A DNA stretch of 64,000 nucleotides from IMG/VR virus record IMGVR_UViG_2531839301_000007, positions 14,596-78,595 of that record. The stretch is one strand, 5' to 3'. Positions 56,553 through 64,000 of this stretch are shown piece after piece. Both the position numbers and the translations under genes were made by a program. This DNA comes from a virus (taxonomy: Duplodnaviria; Caudoviricetes). Numbering within the stretch: the first letter of the stretch is position 1; every line of letters begins with the position of its first letter. Under the pieces are notes generated by a model. It was given only the letters and a program-made list of their open reading frames with translations, did no database searches and was not told where the DNA came from.

Positions 56553-56981
56553 TTAATAATCTGTTCCTGTTGCAGCCAAATCCTCTTGGATTGTCTTTTG
56601 CATTTCTTGTGCCTCCATTGGACGCTCTCTCACCAAATCACCATTGCCATTGTAATAGCAAGCAGTACGGGTTTCGCGGTCAAGGAATTTGTAACATTCA
56701 TCTGTCACATCTTCATATTTGCGCTTGATGTCTTCTATGAGTTTTCCACGTTGCTTGGTAATAGGCTTCATTTTCTCTTTGATACGGTCTTGTACAGCCT
56801 TTTTCTCGGCTTCCAGTTCTGACATTTCTATATCCAAATTGGCAAGAGACGTTTTTCTTGCTTCCATTTCCTCTTCGGAAAATTGATGCGGATAAGTTAT
56901 TTTTTCAATAGCCGCACAGTTGTCTTGCAACATCTGTAATCTTGCAAGAGGTTCTTTGTTTTTAAATAATTCTTTTTCCAT
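56553..56981 (-). CDS. Phage hypothetical coiled-coil protein
   Basis: 142 aa. Confidence 0.65.
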   Translation of the reverse strand: MEKELFKNKEPLARLQMLQDNCAAIEKITYPHQFSEEEMEARKTSLANLDIEMSELEAEKKAVQDRIKEKMKPITKQRGKLIEDIKRKYEDVTDECYKFLDRETRTACYYNGNGDLVRERPMEAQEMQKTIQEDLAATGTDY

Positions 56982-56991
56982 AACTTGATAT

Positions 56992-57291
56992 TTAAAGTGG
57001 TTTTAAATCGTATCTTGCAGAGCCGACAAACGGTGTCGGATTTTTGCGAACAAAAGTCCTCAACTGGCTATCAGTTTTAGGATTGAATAAACGTTGTACT
57101 CCGTTTTTGTCAATGACAATTAATTCAGATGCCACATAACAAATGAATCCTTGCAAACGTTGTTTCAACCATTTGTTTTGAGCGGTGCGAGATTTCTTAT
57201 AATTTTCATAGCTCATTCCCTTTGGGCGAGAAGTAAGAAGCTGTACATTACGTCCAACTTCTTTTTGTACGTTAACTTTACTTTTCTTCAT
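56992..57291 (-). CDS. Phage hypothetical protein
   Basis: Basic ORF; start at 57291 preferred. Confidence 0.55.
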   Translation of the reverse strand: MKKSKVNVQKEVGRNVQLLTSRPKGMSYENYKKSRTAQNKWLKQRLQGFICYVASELIVIDKNGVQRLFNPKTDSQLRTFVRKNPTPFVGSARYDLKPL

Positions 57292-57850
57292 GGATAATTT
57301 TTTTAAATTGTGTATGAGATAAAAATTTGGTGCAGCATGTGTAAACAGAATTTTCGTTTGAAACAAAAGGTTCTTCTCTGTCGCTGTTAATAGTAGAAAG
57401 CTCTGCTATACAAGCACCGTTTTTATATCCATAGTTCCAGAAAATACATAAATCACCGGGAGTTGGTATGTATTTCGGCTTGTTCTCCTTAAAATCGAAA
57501 TCAAAATGAACTTCATTTTTTGCAAGCTCCAGTAGTTTCGATTTTTCTTTTTCGGTTGCTAAACGAAAGCCATCAATGTTACCGATTCCACATTCGGGAG
57601 TTTCCGTTATGAAGAATCTGTTCCCTTCTTCATTTTGAGGAACATAACTTATGTATCCATAAGGAACTTTAAATTTGATAGGAAGAAGAGGACTCGTATT
57701 TTCGATAATACTATCAAGAATCATCATGCTACCATCTTTATCTCTGATGATGACATCTCCTTTTCTGAATATCTTTTCCTCTTTACGGGTAGAGGACATC
57801 TCTTGACTGATTGCAGCAAGAGCCATTAATGCTAATAATCCTTTTTTCAT
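57278..57850 (-). CDS. Phage hypothetical protein
   Basis: 190 aa; RLATEKEK motif. Confidence 0.65.
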   Translation of the reverse strand: MKKGLLALMALAAISQEMSSTRKEEKIFRKGDVIIRDKDGSMMILDSIIENTSPLLPIKFKVPYGYISYVPQNEEGNRFFITETPECGIGNIDGFRLATEKEKSKLLELAKNEVHFDFDFKENKPKYIPTPGDLCIFWNYGYKNGACIAELSTINSDREEPFVSNENSVYTCCTKFLSHTQFKKIIHEEK

Positions 57851-57924
57851 AATTGTAATATTTAGTAGTTATTTATTGAAAAGCATGGGAATTATTAAAT
57901 TCTCAAACTTCTATTAATTGCTTG

Positions 57925-58812
57925 TTATTTGATCTCTTCGGCGTATGGAGTATCTTCTTCGTCAAAATCATCCGGCTTTTGACTTTGTGATTTACGCCAG
58001 TCTTCAAACATTTCATCATCTAACTGACTTTCTACTTCGAGAACTTTAATCATAGAATCTGAAATACCTGTTTTCGGAAGGAATTTGAAAGCCCAGTTTA
58101 CTATGGTTTTGCGTGCCATTTCCTCGAAGTCAGTGTCCCACGGAGACTGCTTTCCTTTTTTGACCGCCTCGGAACGACTTTTTATTTCCTCTATGCGAGA
58201 TTTAGGCATAGCATCGTACTTCTCTGCACCCGAAGTCAAAACTGCGTAATAGTAGCCTCCCATGAGGTCGCCACGTTCTCCAAAAACGTCCGGTTCGTGA
58301 GTTAATTTACCACCTGTGCCTTTAGTCATGCTGAACTTATCATTGGTGTAAACCAAATCAGCGTAGATGTCTTTGACGACTCCGGTACGGATAAGAATAT
58401 CAACCTTCCCCATGTATGAGGCTTGAAATTTGACCTTGCCCTTGTAAGGTACAAGATAACCTAACTTTAGTTCGGGATTCAGTGATAATCCAGTAAGCGA
58501 CACGTTTTTGATCGCTTCAATCAGGTGATCGGGGTATGCTTTTGCACAATCAATCAGATATGTGTTGTTCAACATTGCTTGCATAGCGAAGTTTACTTCA
58601 CGTGCAAACTGCTGTTCTGTACCTCCGGCAGCTAAAAACGCTTTCTTTGGAGATATAAAGCATTTTTCCAAACCGCTAAGTTGCTGGGGAAAAGCTGGTG
58701 GAGCCGTTGGGGTTACGACTGGAACTTGCGGTGCTGGTTGTTCAGGAGCCGCTTGCGGTTGTGGGGCTTGTTGTCCCATGTTTAAATTACCTTGTTGTTC
58801 ACTTGGTTTCAT
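57925..58812 (-). CDS. recT: RecT-like single-strand annealing protein
   Basis: GLSLNPELKLGYLVPY, SYMG, EMARKT. Confidence 0.85.
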   Translation of the reverse strand: MKPSEQQGNLNMGQQAPQPQAAPEQPAPQVPVVTPTAPPAFPQQLSGLEKCFISPKKAFLAAGGTEQQFAREVNFAMQAMLNNTYLIDCAKAYPDHLIEAIKNVSLTGLSLNPELKLGYLVPYKGKVKFQASYMGKVDILIRTGVVKDIYADLVYTNDKFSMTKGTGGKLTHEPDVFGERGDLMGGYYYAVLTSGAEKYDAMPKSRIEEIKSRSEAVKKGKQSPWDTDFEEMARKTIVNWAFKFLPKTGISDSMIKVLEVESQLDDEMFEDWRKSQSQKPDDFDEEDTPYAEEIK

Positions 58813-59783
58813 TGATTTTTGTTGTTATAAAAGTTAAACATTCTGTTTTTCTCGAATGAAGGAGTATCGGGTATCATAATTCTACGTCCTTTGAAACCGG
58901 GCTGGATAAATACCTGTGCTCCATCGAAATCATTGTTTTGTGTGCAGTAGACATGTTGTTCGAGCAACTTTGCAAATAGAAGAGCACTTGCACCCATTTT
59001 CACAATACCGTCTTCCATGTGATAAGCCCAGTTTGCGGCACTGACGAATACGGCATCATAAGGGGCAGTCTTTTGCTGCATTACCCAATAAAACTCTTTC
59101 CATACGCCTGTACGTTCGTGCTCCATAAACTGATAGAAGGCGGCAGATATTCCGTAATGGAATTTGGTGATTATCCTATTGACTGTATCTTCATGTAAAT
59201 CATCTACTGCAACAGTTTTCCAGTCGATGATTTTTTTGGCAGTCTCAACGTCCGGGCGGTATTTGAATTTACAATTTTTGTATTCAACAAAGTGACTGAC
59301 TTCAGCTTTCGTCTGTTTAAAGCTCAATATTTGCTTGATTTGCTTGGAAGTCTCCCGGCAGCAATTCAATAATTCATATACCATTGTTTCAACTAACTGA
59401 ACGTCAGCACTACTTGTTAGGCTTTTTCCGGGGTTTGCGGCAACAGCTTCCGCGAGTGCGTCTCTGTATTTTTGAGTTTCACGTCCATAAGGGCATCCGG
59501 TTCGTTCGTTGATCGGCGGCTGGAAAACTAATAAGCTGTTTCTCCATTTGTCAAGTGATCCAGTATTCACAATGCTTTCCATCGCATCATGGTACAAAGA
59601 GCCTTTTTCGGCAGCTTCAGCACCTATCTCGAACATTTCAGGATGAAGTGCTTTAAACCGGGCAAATTTGGGGGAGACAAGATAGTCTTTGATTTGTGTA
59701 CTACTTAGGAAGTCTTTGAACCGTTCTCCCCGGTGGTATTCCTCATTGGGAAGATCATAAATTGTATCTTTGAATTTACTCAT
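58809..59783 (-). CDS. RecE/exonuclease VIII-like PD-(D/E)XK nuclease
   Basis: LPNEEYH, GSLYH, KYRPD..IIDWKT; adjacent to RecT. Confidence 0.85.
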   Translation of the reverse strand: MSKFKDTIYDLPNEEYHRGERFKDFLSSTQIKDYLVSPKFARFKALHPEMFEIGAEAAEKGSLYHDAMESIVNTGSLDKWRNSLLVFQPPINERTGCPYGRETQKYRDALAEAVAANPGKSLTSSADVQLVETMVYELLNCCRETSKQIKQILSFKQTKAEVSHFVEYKNCKFKYRPDVETAKKIIDWKTVAVDDLHEDTVNRIITKFHYGISAAFYQFMEHERTGVWKEFYWVMQQKTAPYDAVFVSAANWAYHMEDGIVKMGASALLFAKLLEQHVYCTQNNDFDGAQVFIQPGFKGRRIMIPDTPSFEKNRMFNFYNNKNQ

Positions 59784-59860
59784 ATATTGATTATTTGAGA
59801 TTTCTATATAAAAAACTCCCTACTTTCACAAGCAAGGAGTCCGGCAGCTTTAATTAAAAG

Positions 59861-60562
59861 CTAATTATCATGTGTGGTTAATTTCTCTTTGTAATTTGAA
59901 AGGATATACTCTTTCTCTTCTTCGTCAAGAGAATATGCTTTCGTCATAAACCTAATTGCCATATCTTCGTTATTGTCAGAAAGAGGAAAATAATCAATAG
60001 CGAATCTTTTTGTGAGGTCATTTAGTCGCATGTACTTGCTACGAACTTCTGAAACTCGCTCACGTATTTCAGTGGTGATGCCGGATGCTTCTTGTAACTG
60101 TGACTCATATTCTTTTTTGTCTTTTTCGGCTTGTTCTTTCATTGCCTTGTTTTGTACTGCGAAGTCTGCTATTTTTGCATAAAGTTCACTGGAATACACC
60201 CAACCGGATTGTACATCAAAATCTGAATCACCCCTGAAAGCATATCTTTCTTTTTTCGTAAGGTATTTATAATCACTACCTAACTTGTTCCAATCGTAAT
60301 CCACCTTACGGAGTGAATTTACATTTTGTAGAACTTCAGCAACTTTTGTCACTTCTTCCATATCTGTAAAAGCGAATCCATCAAGAATGGGAATAGTGAA
60401 AATCTGTACGTCCGCAGGTGCTATCTCGAATAATTCAGGAACTTTTGGCTTATCCATGATTTTAATTCCTTCTTCCATCATGCGGAGTTTAATTATCTTT
60501 TGTACGTCTTCCTCCGTCAATGCAAGAATTTCTTGCTCGGTCATTTCTGTAATCTTTTTCAT
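59861..60562 (-). CDS. Phage hypothetical protein
   Basis: 233 aa. Confidence 0.65.
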   Translation of the reverse strand: MKKITEMTEQEILALTEEDVQKIIKLRMMEEGIKIMDKPKVPELFEIAPADVQIFTIPILDGFAFTDMEEVTKVAEVLQNVNSLRKVDYDWNKLGSDYKYLTKKERYAFRGDSDFDVQSGWVYSSELYAKIADFAVQNKAMKEQAEKDKKEYESQLQEASGITTEIRERVSEVRSKYMRLNDLTKRFAIDYFPLSDNNEDMAIRFMTKAYSLDEEEKEYILSNYKEKLTTHDN

Positions 60563-61284
60563 TTCTTCAAGAATTTATTTATAAAATATATTTGTCCTTT
60601 TCCGGTGACTTTTGTTGTGATCGTATTGATACTTTTATCAGCACGTACAATAGAGCCATAACTTACTTCAAAAAGTTCCAGTTCCATTGCCGTTTGGGTA
60701 GGCTGATTGTATTTTTCTCCACATTTACAGAGGTATCCATTATCACGTAACCATTTAAAAAGTCTGTTTTGACCGATTTCAATACCATTCTGTTTGAGAA
60801 CATTGGCAAGACGACCAATTAAAATGCTATTTTCAGAGGCTACAACGGCATCCGCAAAAAGAACTTTTGGAGCTTGTTCTGTCAGTAACATATCTTTTTG
60901 AGCGTTATTTCGGGCGAGAACTTGATTATTCTCGTATTGGTCTGCCCAAGCACGGGCGGCTTCTGCTGGATTATTGAAATTAGGAATAGAGAGAATTGCT
61001 TTCTGTTTTTCTATTTCCAATACTTCCCATCGATCAATTATTTTTTCGCGAAGTTTTGCATCATAACCGGATGCGAGAATAAGGCAACCTTTCTTCGTCA
61101 AATTGAAACAAGGTCTATCTCGTTGATTTGCATCTTTGTAGGTGCTCGCCTCAAAATTGAGGGCTGCAACTCCTTGCTCTAAAAGGGTACGAATGTCACG
61201 AATAACATTGTAATGCTCTTTTCCTGTAAGTTCGGCTATTTCAACTGAACTCATGGTTTCTTTTGATAAAATTAGCTCTTTCAT
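60559..61284 (-). CDS. Rha-family/antirepressor (Rha N-terminus, KilAC/ANT C-terminus)
   Basis: MSSVEIAELTGKEH..V.RDIR; PKVLFAD...TKVTGKGQIYF. Confidence 0.9.
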   Translation of the reverse strand: MKELILSKETMSSVEIAELTGKEHYNVIRDIRTLLEQGVAALNFEASTYKDANQRDRPCFNLTKKGCLILASGYDAKLREKIIDRWEVLEIEKQKAILSIPNFNNPAEAARAWADQYENNQVLARNNAQKDMLLTEQAPKVLFADAVVASENSILIGRLANVLKQNGIEIGQNRLFKWLRDNGYLCKCGEKYNQPTQTAMELELFEVSYGSIVRADKSINTITTKVTGKGQIYFINKFLKK

Positions 61285-61652
61285 GGCTTTTAGTATTGAT
61301 TAGCTCCCCCTCAACGACCCAACGTTATTACACCGAATTGTGCGGTAGGGGGTATGTTGTTCTGCTCATGGTAGTACTGCACCTTTATTGTCATTTTAGG
61401 CAGATAGATTCTTTAGTGAATCATTCTACTTTTTCACGCTGCCTCGGAAGGACAAGTCTACTTCCTACTGCTTTGGGCGTTTATCTCACTTTCCTCTATG
61501 TAATTCCTGCAACATCACAGGTGAGGCTATGCGCCGGGCAATTTCTCCAAGAGTGTAGCCGGATACAGACCACTAAGCAGGTTTCGCGCATCCCGAATAC
61601 TATCATCGGTTTAGTTGGTGGGTGGATAGGCGGTCAAGCCACACCATCCTTG

Positions 61653-61901
61653 TTATCTATTGAGGTATTGTAACAGTGCTGATTTTTTGAAGCGTAATCT
61701 GTTGTTGAGTTTGGTATGGGGTATTTCTTCGATTCGATTGTATAATGTGCCAACCGACCAGCCTAATACTTTTGCGGCTTCTTTTGCGCCTATCCATTCT
61801 TCGGTTTCTTCTTTCACAGTTTGGGAAACTATGTTTCTCACGTCTTTATGGATAAGTTTGTAGAGTTCTTCCGCTACCATCTTTGCTTCATTCCGGTTCA
61901 T
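61653..61901 (-). CDS. HTH DNA-binding protein (excisionase-like)
   Basis: EAAKVLGWSVGTLYN...IPHTK. Confidence 0.75.
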   Translation of the reverse strand: MNRNEAKMVAEELYKLIHKDVRNIVSQTVKEETEEWIGAKEAAKVLGWSVGTLYNRIEEIPHTKLNNRLRFKKSALLQYLNR

Positions 61902-62101
61902 GGGTCTACCACCTTAATAGTTACTGTATGCGTCTTCCAATCAGTGCTAACCGAATAAGTCTTTCCGTCTTCTCTCGGATGCACGTTTTTTACGTACTGC
62001 ACAGTGTTTCGGGCAGAGACACAAGCTGCATTATTTTCTAACTTAACTTGTAATACTCCGTTGGCGGGAATCTTCTTAATATCTTCAACTGTTACTTTCA
62101 T
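61898..62101 (-). CDS. Small protein at Cro position
   Basis: First gene of leftward arm, divergent from repressors. Confidence 0.55.
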   Translation of the reverse strand: MKVTVEDIKKIPANGVLQVKLENNAACVSARNTVQYVKNVHPREDGKTYSVSTDWKTHTVTIKVVDP

Positions 62102-62243
62102 ATTTCACTTTGTTTTTACAGGGTTTTATTTGGAAATAAGAAAGCTAACAGCTATCTTTGCTTTTGGAATATGTATAGTAGCTATTGGTAGCTGCCAGCC
62201 ATTCTTATATCCTTTTGTCTGTTGTTCTTTACTAACAACGATG

Positions 62244-62365
62244 CAAATGTAGTTCAAGATATTGAGTGGTGCAAGCATTTTCACTCAAAATATTGAGTGA
62301 ATTTATATGTTTTATAGCATGTTTTTGCTTAAATCATTGTCTAATAGTTTATTATCACTCAATAT
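62244..62365. promoter_or_regulatory. Lysis/lysogeny switch: leftward promoter and operator repeats
   Basis: TACATTTG on minus (62244-51); TTGAGTG/CACTCAA half-sites at 62259-68, 62281-62300 (palindrome) and 62355-65. Confidence 0.7.
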
Positions 62366-62377
62366 TTAAGTCTAAAA

Positions 62378-62767
62378 ATGGAAGAAAAGAAAGAAAATTC
62401 TAAGTCACGTTTTTTGGAGTTCTTGAATAGCATAGGAATTTCGCAATATAAATGTGCACAAATGTGCGGTTGGGCATCCGGTTACTTGACTGGGCTGAAG
62501 GGTGATTTTGGTGCTGATAAACTTGCCACAATGATATCCATCTTCCCGCAGCTTAATATCGTGTGGATTATAAACGGGAAAGGGGAAATGTTCAATTCTG
62601 ATATTTCTAAAAACGAAGAGGTAAAGGAGGCTTCTAAGGAACAAGGCTCCACTATTCCTTTTGATATGTTCATGCAAACCACCAACAACTACAATAAGAT
62701 AATCGCGGAGAAAGATGCCGAGATAAATGCTTTACGTCAGGAAGTGGAAAAGCTAAAAAATAAATAG
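62378..62767 (+). CDS. HTH repressor-like protein with coiled-coil tail
   Basis: FPQLNIVWIINGKGEM HTH-linker motif. Confidence 0.75.
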   Translation: MEEKKENSKSRFLEFLNSIGISQYKCAQMCGWASGYLTGLKGDFGADKLATMISIFPQLNIVWIINGKGEMFNSDISKNEEVKEASKEQGSTIPFDMFMQTTNNYNKIIAEKDAEINALRQEVEKLKNK

Positions 62768-62776
62768 AAAAGTAAT

Positions 62777-63340
62777 ATGGAAAGAGCTATTGATAGGTTG
62801 CTTCAATTCATCGAGTATCTAAAAAAAAACGATGGTGAGGTTAAAAATGCCAAAGTATTTGAAAAGAAGTGTGGTTTATCCAATAGCTATATCGCTAACT
62901 CCAAGAAAAGCAACGGAAGTATTGGAAGTGATACGATTGCAAAGATTCTATCATCATTTCCGCAGTTAAATGTCGAATGGATATGTACTGGGAGAGGTGA
63001 TATGTTAAAGAAAGGGATGGCTTTCTTTTCGGAGATACTTGGAAGTAGAAATGTTTCTATTGAGACTGCACGCGATAATTCAATGTTTCCGGTAATAGAG
63101 CAAGGGAGTATGGTTGCAGTAAGTCAAGAGCCGGAAAACGAGCTTATTTGTGGGCAGATTTATGCAATATACATGCCTGATGATTCTATATTCTTCCGCT
63201 ACGTGTCAAAGGTAGAATCAGCAAAAATATTGGTGGTTCCTGCTAACCGGGAGCCGCAATATGGAACTGGGCAAGAATTAAATAAGAAAAAAATAAAAGA
63301 AATAAAACGAGTTGTCGGAGTGGTTAAGTCATTTTTATGA
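62777..63340 (+). CDS. CI-like repressor (HTH plus S24-like domain)
   Basis: FPQLNVEWICTGRGDM; DNSMFPVIEQGS. Confidence 0.8.
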   Translation: MERAIDRLLQFIEYLKKNDGEVKNAKVFEKKCGLSNSYIANSKKSNGSIGSDTIAKILSSFPQLNVEWICTGRGDMLKKGMAFFSEILGSRNVSIETARDNSMFPVIEQGSMVAVSQEPENELICGQIYAIYMPDDSIFFRYVSKVESAKILVVPANREPQYGTGQELNKKKIKEIKRVVGVVKSFL

Positions 63341-63413
63341 TACTACAATGATACCAGTAATATAAATTAATCATGTATTGTGTTGATTATCAAATGTCAT
63401 ATCCTTTGTTGGT

Positions 63414-63431
63414 AGTCCCGTACGCACCGCA
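63414..63431 (+). repeat. Prophage att core: 3' end of tRNA-Asp
   Basis: AGTCCCGTACGCACCGCA reads as T-arm/acceptor 3' end of a Bacteroides tRNA-Asp (recalled); no 5' half upstream. Confidence 0.7.
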
Positions 63432-63445
63432 AAATACTTACAGAA

Positions 63446-63482
63446 GAAGCCTTTGATTGTATTATAATCGAAGGCTTTTTTA
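63446..63482 (+). terminator. Intrinsic terminator after att
   Basis: AAGCCTTTGATT...AATCGAAGGCTT followed by a T run. Confidence 0.7.
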
Positions 63483-63577
63483 TATACTATGCAGAACTTT
63501 GAAAAAGAATTGTCTTTAAAGTTCTTGTTTAGGTTATGTTTTTTATTCTGAACTTTACCATTCTAACTTTACCATAT

Positions 63578-64000
63578 ATGATTAGAGAAATTAAAGAAAC
63601 GGATTATCCGCGTTTGATAGAGATTTGGGAGAATGCGGTGCTAAATACCCATGATTTTCTAAAAGAAGAGGATTTCTTGTATTTCAAGAAACAACTTCCT
63701 GTCTATTTTCAATATGTTATGTTGTTAGGGTTTGAACAAGAGGGAGTGCTTGTTGGATTTATGGGAATTGCGAATGGTAATCTTGAAATGCTATTTGTAG
63801 ATAACTGTTGCCGGGGGGCAGGAATTGGAAAACAGCTGGTAGCGTATGCGGTAGCTAACTTGCAAGTGACTAAAGTTGATGTAAATGAGCAAAATACTCA
63901 AGCGATTGGTTTTTACAAATATATGGGTTTTAATATTGTGGGAAGATCGGAATTGGATGGAGAAGGTAAGGAGTATCCCATCTTACATATGGGGTTATAG
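63578..64000 (+). CDS. GNAT acetyltransferase (host gene)
   Basis: LFVDNCCRGAGIGKQL, VDVNEQN..A.GFY. Confidence 0.9.
   Translation: MIREIKETDYPRLIEIWENAVLNTHDFLKEEDFLYFKKQLPVYFQYVMLLGFEQEGVLVGFMGIANGNLEMLFVDNCCRGAGIGKQLVAYAVANLQVTKVDVNEQNTQAIGFYKYMGFNIVGRSELDGEGKEYPILHMGL

Larger units (their letters stand above)
5830..63431. mobile_element. Siphovirus-type Bacteroides prophage with DGR (left end interrupted or outside the window)
   Basis: Terminase, portal, capsid, tail, tape measure, lysis, recombination and repressor genes; att-like tRNA 3' end at right. Confidence 0.95.

Overview
Bacteroides-like DNA with three parts. (1) 1-~5.8 kb is the right end of an integrative conjugative/mobilizable element: tyrosine integrase, excisionase, AAA ATPase, toprim primase and a partial DUF4134/TraE-like gene. 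(2) ~5.85-63.43 kb is a large siphovirus-type prophage that ends at a duplicated tRNA-Asp 3' end (att, 63414-63431). It carries an inverted terminase-portal operon, six tRNAs, head/tail/lysis genes and a diversity-generating retroelement (DGR). The DGR has one template repeat, two variable repeats (adjacent tail gene; remote opposite-strand 194-aa gene ~15.5 kb away) and an RT split over three overlapping +1-shifted ORFs. From memory this layout matches the proposed 'Quimbyviridae' gut phages (not verified by search). The long leftward early arm encodes recombination, replication, DNA methylation, RtcB, MazG and radical SAM genes. (3) A host GNAT gene follows the att site. The most unexpected item is an RlmN/Cfr-like methyltransferase whose catalytic AACGQL tail lies in a separate unannotated 39-aa ORF. 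This split gene is bracketed by twin hairpins and followed at once by an alanine-identity tRNA-like RNA with a 16-nt anticodon loop. All RNA folds and family calls were made by eye, without tools.
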